Source: the human T2T-CHM13v2.0 reference genome, Homo sapiens
NCBI RefSeq assembly: GCF_009914755.1
Contig: NC_060935.1
Direction: 5' to 3' (one strand)
Length of the DNA: 64,000 nt
The translations under genes and the position numbers were made by a program. Positions 1 through 15,218 of this stretch are shown one piece after another. The number at the start of each line of letters is the position of its first letter. Position 1 is the stretch's first letter. The notes beneath the pieces are model-generated. The model worked only from the letters and a program-made list of their open reading frames with translations, searched no databases and was not told the origin of the DNA.

Positions 1-965
1 GTGTTCTTTCATGTTTGTTGGTCATTTGTATGTCTTCTTTTGAGATGTGTCCGTTCATGTCTTTTGATCATTTTTTAAAGCGGTTATGTGTTTTTTTTTC
101 TTATTGAATTTTTTAAGTTCCTTATAAATTCTGGATATTAGATCTTTTTTAGATGCATAGTTTGTGAATATTTTCTCCCATTCTGTAGGTTGTCTGTTTA
201 CTTTATTGATAGTTTTTTTTTTTTTTTTTCCTGTGCAGAAGCTCTTTAGTTTAACTAAGTCCCACTTGTCAATTGTTTATTGTTGTTGCAATTGTATTTG
301 AGGACTTGGTCATAAATTCTTTTCCAAGGTCCATGTCCTGAATGGTGTTTCCTAGGTTTTCTTCTAGAATTCTTATAGTTTGAAATCTTATATTTAAATC
401 TTTAATCCATCTTGAGTTAATTTTTGTATGTGGTGAAAGGTAGGGGCCCAGTTTTGTTCTTCTACATGTGACTACTGAGCTATCCCAGCACCATTTATTG
501 AATAAGGAATGCTTTCTCCATTGCTTATTTTTGTCAACTTTATTGAAGTCTAGGTGGCTGTAGGTATATGGCTTTATTTTCAGGCTTTCTGTTTTGTTCC
601 ACTGATCTATATGTCTGTTTTTACACGAGTACCATGCTGTTTTGGTTACTGTAGCCTTATAGCATAAAATTGGATAATGTGAGTCTTCTAGCTTTGTTAT
701 TTTTGCTTAGAATTATTTTGGCTGTTCAGGTTCTTTTTTGGCTCCATAAAAATTTTAGAATAGTTTTTTTTTCAATTCTGTGAAAAATGCCATTGGTAGA
801 TTGATAGGAATAGTGTTGAATCTGTAGATTGCTTTGGGCAGTATGACCAATTTAATGACACTGATTCTTCCAATTGATAAGCATGGAGTGTTTGTCCATG
901 TGTTTGTGTCTTCTGTGGTTTATTTTAGCAGTGTTTTGTAGTTCTGCTTGTAGAGATCTTTTACC
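1..965 (-). mobile_element. L1 (L1PB/old L1PA-like) ORF2 3' region, runs off the window start
   Basis: T-rich antisense L1 ORF2 sequence (e.g. tcccagcaccatttattgaata, ttgaatctgtagattgctttgggcagtatg). Confidence 0.9.
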
Positions 966-974
966 CTTTTGGCA

Positions 975-2560
<1,586 letters not shown>

Positions 2561-3884
2561 TTTTTATTTCTTATAAGATGTATTTCTTATAAGGTGACTA
2601 CTAGGAATTAACCTAGTTTTTGTTCATGATTTGTTTCTTTGCTTTAATAATTTTCACCTGTTATGGTTTTTTTTTTTTTCACTGCAGAGAAGGTCTAGAG
2701 ATCACCTCATTGTATTCTACAGTGATGCACTTTGAATATTTACATTTATATTTCCCTGAAGGCAAATATAGGATTCTGAATCAAGGAAAAATATTATTAC
2801 TTATAGCAATAAACAAATCAAGAGATAGAAACCAAAAATTGTGAACCTTGAAATTTATATCATATGGCTCACAAAGCAGATTTTTTTTCTTCCTAAGAGA
2901 GGGAGAAAATAATCATCTCCTTAAAGAAATTATCCATAAATAATAAAGGGTAAAATAAAGGGTAAAGGTACTTGCCCTTTGGAATAAAAATAAATCTCCA
3001 CAGTAGGATTGATAATATAATTGTCTTTTGTTTACAGTCACTAAAAAATATCCACCTTTCTGGGTTTTCTCCCCCTTTGGGATAAAAATATATATCTCCA
3101 AGAAGGTATATCTTTCTGGATTTCTCTCCCTCTCTATTCTGTCATCTTTTAACAGTTCATGCTTGTATTTCAACCCAGGTTCCAGTTTTTATTGCTCAAA
3201 CATCTTCACCATGCAGAAACTTGAAAGTATTCATATTTTTTTCTAACAGCCAATAATATATGCTTAATTACTTATTGTTGATGTCTTTTAAGGCTAGAAA
3301 TCTAAAATAAGATCAGGATACATTTTCTTATTTTTATTTTTCATTGTTCTACCTGGTTACCAGCTTCCAGAAACCATAACCGAGGCTAATATTAGCATTG
3401 CCACTTCAGCTACCATGTCACTCAATCATTGCCTTTGGCAATTCACAACCTCATGGGGCTCAGTTTTTTAATCGTGGGAATTAAATGGTTGTCTAGATGA
3501 TCAAGAAGCCCTCTAGCTAAAATTTTATGACTTTTTAAATCTAGAGGCAGGCTCATTTAAAGCAAAATGAGATAAAACATAACAAAAAGCTTGTTCACCA
3601 CTCCTAGAATTATTACTGTGAAGAACAAAACTGTGTTTCAAGTTTCAAATGCTCCACTCAATCTTTTACATGCATTTCACAACTTATTCATAAGTATCTC
3701 ATTTAATAATTGAATTCATTGTAGTGATAATGTGAATAAAAATAAAACTCTTGGCAAGTTTGGAGTATTTTCCAGTCTAAGATTAATTAAGCAGGTTATC
3801 TCTCACAAAAATTTGAGAAAGAGCTTTTGGTTACGCAGTAGTCAATCTCTTCTGCCTTATAATAGTCTTAGTATAATAGTGTAA

Positions 3885-4288
3885 TAGTCTTAGTCTATTT
3901 TGTGCTGCTAGAACAGAATACCGCAGACTTGGTAACTTACCGTGAACAAAGATGTATTGTCTCACTTTTGGAGGCTGGGAAGTTCAAGATTGAGGGGCCT
4001 GTGTCTGATGAGCACCTTCTTTCTGCATCATCACATGGTGGAAGACGTCACATCGTAGAAGGGGAAAAAGAGGCAGAGAGTGAGCAAGAGGAGACCAAAT
4101 TCAACCTTTTATTAAAAAACAACAACAACAACAAAAAAAAAAAAAAACACTCCTACAGTAAGGGCATTAATCCATTCATGAGAGTGCAGATCTCATAGCT
4201 TGGTTACCTCTTGAAAGCCACACCTCCCAATACTGCAACATTGAGTATCTAACACATGAACTTTGGGGATCACATTCAAACCATAGCA
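3885..4288 (-). mobile_element. MaLR solo LTR (MST/MLT1A-like)
   Basis: tcttagtctattttgtgctgct...ggaggctgggaagttcaagat...cacattcaaaccatagca. Confidence 0.85.
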
Positions 4289-6559
4289 GCTTGCCTACTC
4301 TGAGAGGTGGAGAAATGGTCATCTTTTCCAGGTACTTGTTAAAAAAAACTCATGAATAGGTCATTATAAAAAACTAAACAATAAACAGACTTTCAGAAGA
4401 AAGAGAAAAGAGATTATTTGACCCTGAAAAGATGACACAGAAGGCTCTCTTGGTTTATCAGAAATTTTTAGAAACCAATTCAGATGCCTCATGAGTTGCA
4501 ATTACCCTTCTTGTCTTTGGTTGTATGCAGAGTCACTTAAATAATTTCATTTTTGTACAATCTAACTTGAATGGTTTTCTATTACACCCAGTTCTGCCAT
4601 CATAAACACAGACATTCTTAAAATTTATTGCACTATGTAAAATCATGAAATAAAGACAAATAGTTGCTAGCAAATGCAAAGTTAGGAACAAAATCTTCAC
4701 AAATTTTATCAGCGACATATACAAATAAAAGGTAGGAAAATAATGAAAATGATAGCCCAGTTTTATACATTTTAAATGGTGAAGAAAACCATAAATACTA
4801 CAATAAATATTATACTTTGTCTTGGTGGAGGGGCTGCCGTTTGTTTCTCTAAGCAAGCCTCAGATGGATTGAAGCTGGTGAGTTATCATGAAGTGGTAGA
4901 AAAGAGGTTACCACGTTTGTAATCTTTTGTAGCCATAAAACCTGGGGCATGTTTTTTCTTGCTATTGACAATGTAAGTCTTTTAAGCTATGTGTTTATAC
5001 TGGATATCTATTTTATCAAAACTGAAAATTTTATATGATATATAACCTTTAATTAACTTTTGTATCACTGCTGGAAATACCTTTACTGTTTTCTAATCTT
5101 CACTCAGGGCTTTGCTTAACAGCTGAAGGCTTTGAAAATTTTAGTGGTATTTGAAAATAACCAAACCAGCCACTACTTGTGCTAAAAAGAGCTGTTTCTG
5201 CAGGTTTTGGCAATTTCTATTTAAAGTCTTAGTTTACAGATATTGCTTTATATTTGATTATGAGAAAGGATATTTATGACTTTTTGGCTCTGTTCTCCTA
5301 TGCATAAGCTCAATAATCTTTCCATTACATTAAATTCTCTGGGCCTTGTTTTCATTGACTTTGCAGCACATGAAGTTTTTCTAATCAAATATTTCTTTTT
5401 TATTATCTTTAGAGCATTGTCTCTAGTGGTCCACAGTGTGGATTTCTTTAAGTCTATTGCTTGAGAACTGTTTCATGCTCTCCCATTTCTTTCAAAACAT
5501 TTTATTATTTCAAGTTTCTTCTCAATATTTAAAGCTTCCTTTTCTGATGCACTGCTTGGTGTTTTCAATCAAGGACACTTGTATTTTTGGGATTTTGAAT
5601 GAATGTCACAAAGGCAAAATATTACCAAATCACAGTCTTTTAGGATAACATGTTCAGTGAACAGAATGAGTTGACAGAAGAGATAGTTGAGATGTTGTGC
5701 ATGTGTGTATTTTGCATATTCCTATGTGGTTCAATTCAGTTGGATACAGTTTTCTGTATGAACTTTGAATTTCTTGCAGGTGAAATTTCATGTGAACAAA
5801 TGTAATACTGGCATTATTCTCAAATTATTCCCCAATAAATAAATTGCATTGGAACAAACTTGTGTTTTCAAAACAAGTGTGATAGCAGAACTTACTGTAC
5901 TTGTGTCCTAAAGTGCCTTCATTAAGTCTCCTGTATTTGTCTATTTTTGAGAGCAAGACATATCATGTGATTTTTAAAAAATATATTTTTAAAAGTTTAA
6001 TTATATTTGGAGGTATTTAGCCGTCTTCAAGAATATGAATTGTCTACTTTAAGATTTTGAGGAATTTTGGAATATGGAGTGTTAAAAATAACAGACTATT
6101 CTGTAACCAGAAGCATATTTTGTCTTATGAATTAGAGCTCAGACTCTAAAAATAGACTCCCTGTAATTGAATCAGCTTGAATACATTCATATTGCTATGT
6201 AACCTTAGGTAAGTTATAATAAATGATTGATGTTTCTATCTTTAGAGTAATCACTGACTCTACACACTTAATGGAAAAAAAAATCAGTCTAGAATTACCA
6301 ATTTTCCTTAAAATAATGAAAAATTGTTCAGGAGAGATCATCTTTAGCCAATATATAACCTATTATTACCTTTATAATATGTAAAAGTAACATAAATGCA
6401 GAAAAGAAAACCTTGTTTATTTTATAATTTATTGTATCTTTGTCTCCTCTTCAATTCTTCATGTTGAAATGCACCATTATAAAAGGGACTATAAACAACT
6501 AATGATAAATACTAAGACTAAGTTCAATAAAAATAAATTCGTGATATTGGAATCCATAA

Positions 6560-6773
6560 GATCTTGGCAAACTCCTATAATGGGAATGATATTCAATAAA
6601 TAAGGCTTTGTGGGCTGTGTGGTCTCTGTTGCAAAGGATTAAGTCTGCTATTTCAGCTCAAAAGCAGCCATGGACAATACAGAAATAAATGACTATGGTG
6701 GTGTTCTAATAAAACTTTATTTACAAAAGCAGAGAGAAAGATTTCGCCCACTGGCTGTAGTTTGATGACTCCA
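6560..6773. mobile_element. MER58A-like hAT-Charlie MITE
   Basis: ttggcaaact...ggctttgtgggc...aataaaactttatttacaaaa...tagtttgatgactcc. Confidence 0.8.
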
Positions 6774-7460
6774 TGGAATAAATCACTCAGATTTAGCAAT
6801 TGACTTTTAGAATATGTACATTTCTGTAATAGTGTTAATCTGTACCAGCTCAAAAAGAGCTTTATTTCAACAGCCTCACATCCAGTATTAGCAGGTCACC
6901 TGGATTGATTAAATAATTTCTGCAGGACCTCTGCTTTAGTGGTTTTTACAACCACTAAACTTGACCCTTACAACTATACCAAAGTTACGCCTCCCCTCCA
7001 TAGTGACTAATTTAATTGGCCTGAGGATGTGGTTCAAGTATCTATATTAAAAGAGAAAATACAGGTGACTTAAAAGATACAAGCATGGATTATGCAATTC
7101 TAATTTTAAGCCAGGTTTTGCTACAGAAACATTTGTTAATGTTTTAGAAGGTGTTCATTAAAGTGACTACCTAATCACTAATTATTTGACCTTAGGCACA
7201 TTACTTAATATATTTGTGAGGCAGAGACTGGTAGGTAGTTTTGTCTTCAATAAAGTAGAAATGACTTGGCTCCTACCTAGATGGATCTATAATAATCATT
7301 TTGTTTAACACTTGTATGTCAGATTAAATAAACCAAATCAGTAATTATATATGCTAATTTTCTTATTATGTTCTAAGGCTTGAACATAATGTTATGCAAA
7401 ATGAAATACAGTCTTTACGGAATTAATACTTATTAACTTTAATATTTACTAATATTTAAC

Positions 7461-7669
7461 AAAGTTTTTCAACCTCACCAATATTGACATTTTGAAATGG
7501 ATAATTCTTTGTTGTAAGAGGCTATTTTGTGCAATGTAGGATGTTTAGCAGCATCCCAGGCTTCTACCAACTAGATGCCAATAGTACCCCTCCTCCTGCA
7601 GTTGTAACAATCAAAAGAATTTTCTAGACACTGCCAAGTATTTTGGGAAAAATATCAGTTGAGAATTAT
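7461..7669. mobile_element. MER20 hAT-Charlie MITE
   Basis: tattgacattttg...ataattctttgttg...tgtaggatgtttagcagcatccc...ctagatgccaatag. Confidence 0.85.
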
Positions 7670-7919
7670 GGATATTTACTCAAATAAGACAGGTAGTATT
7701 TTATGTAGTATGTTATAGATGACTGTGGTAGGCTTAGCATTTTATAAGATGGCTACTAGTGGTCCACATCTTCCTGTGTTTGTGGTCTTGTGTAATATTC
7801 TCCCATTCACAGTTACATACACTTAATGATTTGCTGCCAATAAATTGTCTATGACCAAAGTGGTGGAATGCCACTTCAAAGATAATATTCCAAAAAGACT
7901 CGCTTTGTTGATCCTTCTT

Positions 7920-10672
7920 CTAATTTTTTTAATTGACAAGTAAAAATTATATATATTCATGGTATATAGCATGATGCTTTGAAATATGTATACATTATGG
8001 AGTGGCTAAATCAAACTATTTATCATATGTACTGCCTCACATATTTATCACTTTTTCTGGTGAGAAAACAAATGCTACTATCTTACCATTTTTCAAGTAT
8101 ACATTTTTATTCACTATAGTCACCATGATGAACAATAGGTCTCTTTAACTTATTTATCCTGTCTAACTGAAATTTTGTGTCCTTTGACCAACATCTCCCC
8201 AGTTGCTATACTTCCTATACTCTGGTAACCACCATTTTACTCTCTGATTCTATAAGATCCACATGTAAATGAGATCATGTAGTATTTGCCTTTCTGTGCC
8301 TGGCTTATTTCACTTAAGATAATGTCTTCTAGGTTCTTTCATGCTGACTCAAATAACAGGATTTACTTATTTTTTGAGGCTGAATAGTATTCCATTGGGT
8401 GTACATAACACATTTTCTTTATTCATTTATCTTTTGATAGAAACTTAGGTTGATTCCATAACTTGGCAATTGTAAATAATGCCATAGTAAACATGGCAGT
8501 GCAGACATTTCCTCAACATCTGATTTCACTTTCTTTGGTTATATGCCTATTAGTGGGATTACCGAATCATATTGTAGTTCTATTTTTAACCTTTTGTGGA
8601 ACCTCTATACTGTTTTTCAAACTGGCTGCACTAATTTACCTAAGATAATTTACCAAACTTTTCTTTCATCAATTTGATATTAGCCATTTTAACAGGTATA
8701 ACATGATATCTCATTGTAATTTTAATTTATATTTCCCTAACGATTAGTGACATTAAGCATTTTTTCATATACCTGTTGGAAGTTTGTATGTTTCCTTTTG
8801 AGAAATGTCTATTCAGGACGTTTGCCCATTTTTTAAATCAGGTTACTTGTTTTATTGCTATTTGTGTTTCTTATATATTTTAGATATTATTAATGACTTA
8901 TCAGATGTATAGTGTACAAATATATTCTTTTATTCTGTGGGTTGTCTCTTTGTGGATTCCAAAAATATTAGAATTGTTTCCTTTGATGTGCAGAAACTTT
9001 TTAGTTTGATGTAATCTTATTTGTCTAGTTTTGCTTTTGTTGCCTGTGCTTTTGGGGCTATATCCAAAATAATTATTGCCTAGGTCAGTGTCATGGATGT
9101 TTTTTCTTATGTTTTATTCTAGCAGTTCTACAGTTTCAGGTCTTACATTTATGTCTAATTAATTTTGCACTGATTTTTGTATATGGTGTGAGGAAGGGTC
9201 TAATTACATTCTTCTGCATGTGGATATCTGGTTGTCCCAGAATCACTTGTTGAAGAGACTGTCCTTTTCCCATTGTGTCTTCTTGGCATCTTTGTCAAAA
9301 ATCAATTGACCATAATTATATTGAGTTTATTGCTGGGCTCTCTATTCTTCTCCATTTAGCTTTGTATCTGTGTTTATGTCAGTACTATGATATTTTGGTT
9401 ATTATACCTTTGTAGTATGTTTTGAAATCAGGTAGTGTGATATGTCTGACTTTGTTCTTTTAGCTTGAGATTGCTTTTGCTATTTGGGGTCTTTTTTGGT
9501 TTTATACAAATTTTAGGATTTTATACTTCTGTGAAAAATACTGAAATTTTGGTAGAAATTTCATTGACTCTATAAATCACTTTGGGTATTATGGACATTT
9601 TAGCAATATAAATTCTTCCAATCCATGAACATGGGATACCTTTCCATTTGTTTGTGTCTTCTTCATTTTCTTTCATCAATGTGTTACAGTTCTCAGTGTA
9701 TTGATCTTTCACCTCCTTTGTTAAATTTATTCCTAAATATTTGTGTATGTGTCTGTGTGTGTGCATGTGTGGCTGTCATAGATCTTTTAGTGTTGCTATA
9801 AAAGAATACCTGAGGCTGGGTCATTTACAAAGAAAATACGTTTATTTAGCTCATGGTTCTGCAGGCTGAGAAGTACAAGAAGCATGACACCAGCGTCTGC
9901 TTAGCTTTTGACGAAGCCTTTTCATGCTGTGTTATAACATGATAGAGAAGGTCAATGGGGAAGTGGACACATGTAAAGAGGAAAACTCCAAGGGGGTACC
10001 CTGGCCTTATAACAATCCACTCTCATGGGAACTAATCTATTCCCTCAAGAACAAATTCACTCTCTCACTCACTACCATGAGAATGACACCAAGCCATTCT
10101 TGAGGGATTCACCCCCATAACCCAAGCATCTCCTAGGCACTACCTCCAAACGCCACCACATTAGGGATAACATTTGAAAATGAAGTTTGGTTGGGAAAAA
10201 TCTCCTACCATAGCAGTAGCTACTGTAAATAACATTGTTTTCTTAATCTCTTTTTCTGATAGTTCATTGTGAATGAATAAAAAGTTACTAAATTTTGTAT
10301 GTTAATCTTGTATCCTGCAACTTTACTGAATGAATTTCTTTATTAGTTCTAATAGGGTTTTTTTTGGTGGAGTTTTTAGGATGTTTCCATATATAAAATT
10401 ATGTCATCTGCAAATGGGGACAATTTAACATTTTTCTTTCCAAATTGGATGCCTTTTATTTTTTTGCCCTGCCTGAATGCTCTAGCTAGGACTTCCAGTT
10501 CTATGTTGAACAGAAGTGTTGAGAGGGGGTGTCCTTGCCTATCTAAGATGAAAGCTTTAAACTTTTCACCATTGAGTATGATGTTAGCAATGAGTCTGTC
10601 ATATACAGTCTTTATTTTGTTGATGAACATTTCTTCTATAACTAATTTCTTAAAGGTTTTTATCAACAAGAC
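7920..10672 (-). mobile_element. L1MA-type, 5'-truncated (RT to 3' UTR), with nested MST LTR
   Basis: ORF-track peptides 10376-10699 ([13 protein letters not shown]...FADD) and 9521-9766 ([13 protein letters not shown]...PCSWIGR) are L1 ORF2 RT motifs; L1MA-like 3' UTR at the left end. Confidence 0.92.
9774..10215 (-). mobile_element. MSTB-like MaLR solo LTR nested in L1
   Basis: TG...CA ends, MST motifs (aatacctgaggctggg, ctcatggttctgcaggctg), TSD gtggc/gtagc. Confidence 0.88.
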
Positions 10673-10809
10673 TGTGTCTTGACAATTGACATATTGCAAG
10701 AAGCCCTATGGAGAAACCCAGGTGGCAAAGAACTGAGGGAAACCTCCAGTCAACAGCGTACAATAAACTGAATACAACTAATGACTTAAATGAGTTTGAA
10801 GTGAATTCT

Positions 10810-11243
10810 TTCCCACTATTTCCTCTTGAAATACATCAAAGAATTTCCTTTTAGTTTAAAATTTAGATTTTGTTGTTATAATAAAACACAATCTTTAGCA
10901 TGGGCTATAAGTAATTTTTTCTTGATTATTTATTGTAATATGTATCGGTCTTTTTACAGTTTTCACAAACACCTTCTTTTTCCTGTTGAGAGTGGGTGTC
11001 CTTGCCTATCTAAGATGAAAGCTTCAAACTTTTCACCATTGAGTAAAATGTTAGCAATGAGTCTGTCATATATAGTCTTTATTTTCTTCTCTAGTAGAAA
11101 AGAATCTGAGTAGCTGAAGTCTGTCACACAGGCAGTGTATGTCTACATGATTGTCCCCCAATAAACACTCTGGACACAAAGGCTTAGGTGAGCATCCTTG
11201 GCTGACACCATTTTTAATGTGTTGTCACATATCATTGCTTGAA
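10810..11243. repeat. Composite locally templated insertion (three segments copied from 11629-11804 inverted, 10517-10618 and 12196-12338)
   Basis: Direct alignment of each segment to its donor within ~1.5 kb. Confidence 0.9.
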
Positions 11244-11946
11244 ATGACTACAGGTTTCAGTGACACCTTGTTTGCTGCTTTGTGAAAGATCCTGTGCCAG
11301 AGGACACTGTGCCTACATTTCTGAAACTCAGGAAAAGTAAGATAATAAGTGTTTACTGTTTTAAAATGCTATGTTTTTAAGTAATTTACTGTGCAGCTGT
11401 AGGTAACTAATAGAGTGATAGTTAATTCAATATAATTTATTTAAAAATTTAGCATTCTGATTTTTTTGGTAAGGCAATTTTCAGGGATTTGAGCCAACTA
11501 GCTCTCAGCTATTATAATTTTTTTCTTTGCCAGTGGTGGAAAGCCTTTCTTTACTTTTTACAATTTATCTAAAATCTCCAGTTTATGACTCTCCAGACAT
11601 ATGGTCACTAATGGAGGAAGGAAACGCACAGGAAAAAGAAGATATGTGTGAAAACAGTAAAAAGACTGATACACATTACAAGAAAAAATCAAGGAACAAT
11701 TACTTATAGCCCACACTAAGGATTACATTTCATTATAACAACAAAATCTGATTTTTAAACTAAAAGGAATCTCTTTAATGTATTTCAAGAGGAAACAGTG
11801 GAAATGTATAATCTTAAAGAATCTTGGAGAATATAGTACTCTATGTTGATTTTGCTTTCATATAATCAAGAAAAGAGAATATATTTCAAGGTATAAAACA
11901 CTAGAAAAACACATGATTAATATAGAATTTAAAACATAGGGGGAAC

Positions 11947-12564
11947 TGTGCAGGGAAAGCTAATTCAGCAGGCCTGGATTGCTCAAATCCTCAGATTTTC
12001 CAAATAAAGATCTGTCTTCAGGACGGGTCTGAAGCAGGCTTCTAGAAGATAACCTCTGATAGCTTAGACTATTTGGCCTGATAAGAGTATGTTTATATTC
12101 TTGAGGCCTTGGGCCATGCTGTATTTGTTTGATCAGATAAGTTTACCCTAACAATGCAATTTATGGTTAATGCTTGTTTATGCTTTGGGAGTGGTAGAAT
12201 CTCAGTAGCCAAAGTCTGTCACACAGGCAGTGTACGTCTACATGATTTTCCCCCAGTAAACACCCTGGACACAAAGACTTAGGTGAGCATCCTTGGCTGG
12301 CACCATTTTTAATGTGTTATCACATATCATTGCTGGAAGAATTAACTGTGTCTCTGTGTGACTCCATTGGGAGAGAATGCATGAAAGCGTGTGCCTGCTT
12401 CCTCCTGAACTTTAGACCACGTGACTTATTCCTTTGCTGATTTCAATCTGCATCTGCAAAGTTATATAATAATCTATAACTATGAATATAGCAGTTTTTC
12501 TGAGTATCTGAGTCCTTCTAGCAAATCTTCAAGCCTGAGAATTGTCTTGGGAACCTTTGACACA
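11947..12564 (+). mobile_element. MER77/MER68/MER21-group solo LTR
   Basis: TG...CA ends; motifs ggccttgggccatg, gtgtgactccattgggagag, gagtccttctagcaaatc...gtcttgggaacc. Confidence 0.75.
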
Positions 12565-12594
12565 GAATAAATAGTAAGAATCATTATAGATGAA

Positions 12595-13490
12595 CTTAAG
12601 GCTTCAGTTCCAGTTGAAATACATGCTAAGGTACTGAAGTAACTAGTATATCGTCCATATCACCCTTAATAATTTTTGAGCTATTATAGAAAATAAGTGC
12701 CAGAATAGCTGTGATCATCACAGATCATCAAACATGATCCCAATTTTTCAAAGAAACAACGTCAGGAACTACAAATATGTAAGCTTGATATCAGATTCTA
12801 GAAATACTCTATAATGTACTTTAGAGCATATGGTAAGCTTATTGAGAGCTGGAGTTACAGAGTAGATCTCTTATAACTGGGGAACATAATACATAGCACA
12901 TAATAAATGTAACACATAATACATAGTAGGTGCTCAAGAATTATTTGTAAAACTAAACAAGTAGTGTTGGGTTGCAAGACTGAAAAGATAAGATATCATG
13001 ACTAGGAATTAGCATAGATGAAGAATCAATATAGGAAGACAACCTAACTACATTGGCTGTTTTAATCAGGTGATATCTAATTAGATTGGCCAAGCATAGG
13101 AAAGTCACAGATAAAGCTTATTTGGATTTTAGCAGTGTGTTAAAATCTTTCATGATTTATTTGTTTACCAGTTGGACAAATGTAGGCCAGATGTCAGAAA
13201 AATCAAGTATTGACAGAGTTGGATGAGAGTAGATTCAAATGATTGAATGATGATTTCCCAAGAGTCATCACACAGGATTCTGTCTTAAGCCTTGTCCTCT
13301 CTAAGATTTGTATCAGTGACTTGGATAAAGACAAAAATATATGCTTATAAAATTTTTAGATAACAAAAAGCTGAGAGAAATAGCTAATGTGCTGCATAAC
13401 AATCAATATTAGAAAAGATCTTGACAGCAATTTGTGTGAAAAAGACTTCAGGATTTTAGTCGACTGCCAACTCCATCAGCTATAGCTGTC
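12595..13490 (+). mobile_element. L3/CR1 RT relic
   Basis: Decayed CR1 RT motifs: tatttggattttagc (YLDF), caggattctgtcttaagccttgtcctc (QGSVLGP-like), ataaaatttttagataacaaaaagctg (KFADDTKL-like). Confidence 0.7.
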
Positions 13491-15218
13491 AAGGAAGTTA
13501 AATATGTGTTGTATATAAATGCAGTAGCATGTGTGTGTGTTTGTGTGTGTGTATGTGTGTGTGTATTTCACACATGGTTGTTAGAAATTATCTCTTAGAA
13601 AATCAGTGAGTCTAATAGAATTCACTGACAGATGTTGTCCTAATCAAAAATTCTTGGGTTTCCTCTCACAAGTCAGTTATTATGATTGTGATCAACCATG
13701 CCCTAATGTGTGCTAGTGTGACCGAAAAAGTAGTTTTCCTAAATGACCTTATTAATGCAGGAAAGTAAACTGTAAAATGGTATTAGGGCTTATTTCAATA
13801 AATATATATTAAATTGTTTAAAGTGACCCACTTTAGCAAGAATTGTTTGTTACTGGTTGCTTTCAGATCAGAAGGGAGAAAAGATGGATGACCTGCCACA
13901 GAGCCACCTGTAAGTGGAAGTGAGCAAGCAGGAAGTTTTTAGTTTATTTAAAATATCTGCCCAAAAAAAAGAAAAAGAAAAAAATCCTGTGTGAGAAGGA
14001 AGACTGTTAAATAAATAAGCAAATCATTTTAAGTGAAACAGAGAAAGGCAAAGTTTAAAAATAATGTTGGGACAATAGAAGATGTTCTAGCATGTTAAAA
14101 TGGTTTCTCTGTGACCACCACCACCCTACTGTAAAGATCTGTAAGGTTCAGGAAGCTGATGGGATTCTCTTCCTGTTGCCTTCCCACGTGGGTTTCTACT
14201 GGAGCTGTGCTCTCTGTAATGCACAATGCCCTTCAGTGAATAGAGGGGTCACACACCTCGTAGCTTTACTCACTTGCTTGCAAGGGAATCTGCAAGGTAA
14301 GCATGTAAGAATATAATTACCTTTGCTAATAAGGTCCTAGGAAGGGGACCACATGTGAATACCATGATAAGCTCCTGAAGTAGGCTAGAAGGAATGCTGG
14401 ATGTTAATACTTCAGCAAAAGCAGAAGGTGATTATTTTTTATGCAATTAAAAGCAGAATGTTAATTACGGCTGTGTTTGTCACAAGAGAGTAAATGTGTA
14501 AAATATTTGGGAAAATTTATCAGGGCTAGCTCCTGAAAAGACAAATTAGCATGAGTGAACTGGGGCCATCAAGTATCAATCACTGTCTTAGCATGAAATA
14601 GCAAAGATAGGCCCTAGGCTACTTGGAAGGAGTTAGGTTTATATCCTTTAAAATAATAATTTATATATATATATAGTATATATTTTACATATACATAATT
14701 ATATATGTATAATAAATTATACATAAAATATAATGATCTGTTATATAGACTTTTAAGGTGGGAATATAATTACTGTTTCTAGCTTTGTTAAATGAAATTT
14801 AAAAGTTTTAGATCATTCATTTATCCATAGCAAATTATTCAATTATCTAATATTTACTTGGAATTAGGATATTGTATGAAATCATTAGCCTCTTACAGTG
14901 TGGAGTCTAGAGGGAGACAAGAAGAAGTATATCCTCAATTAAGAGATATTCACTGCCAATAAATTGCAACTAATAATACCTTTACTTTTCTCAGTGACAT
15001 GGCTCATGAGGAAGAGAAAATGTGTGTAAGTTTCAGATAAAGAGAGAGAGAAAAAGAGACAGAGAAGAGATTAACTTGTCCATTTTTTAAATTTTATTAG
15101 ATTATACTAGCATCAATCATCATTAAACAAGTTAACTCCAATAAACGGAATTCTCCCTACTACATGGTGGCTGATTTAACTTAGAGAAAGTAAGGGGAGT
15201 GGGATTAGAAGAGGAAGG

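Larger units (their letters stand above)
7724..11414 (+). mobile_element. MLT1E/F-like MaLR LTR split into three pieces (~7724-7900, ~10685-10815, ~11240-11414) by an L1 and a templated insertion
   Basis: 5' tgtggtaggc...aagatggc; middle gccctatggagaaacccaggtggcaaagaactgagg; 3' gacaccttg...taactaataga. Confidence 0.7.
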
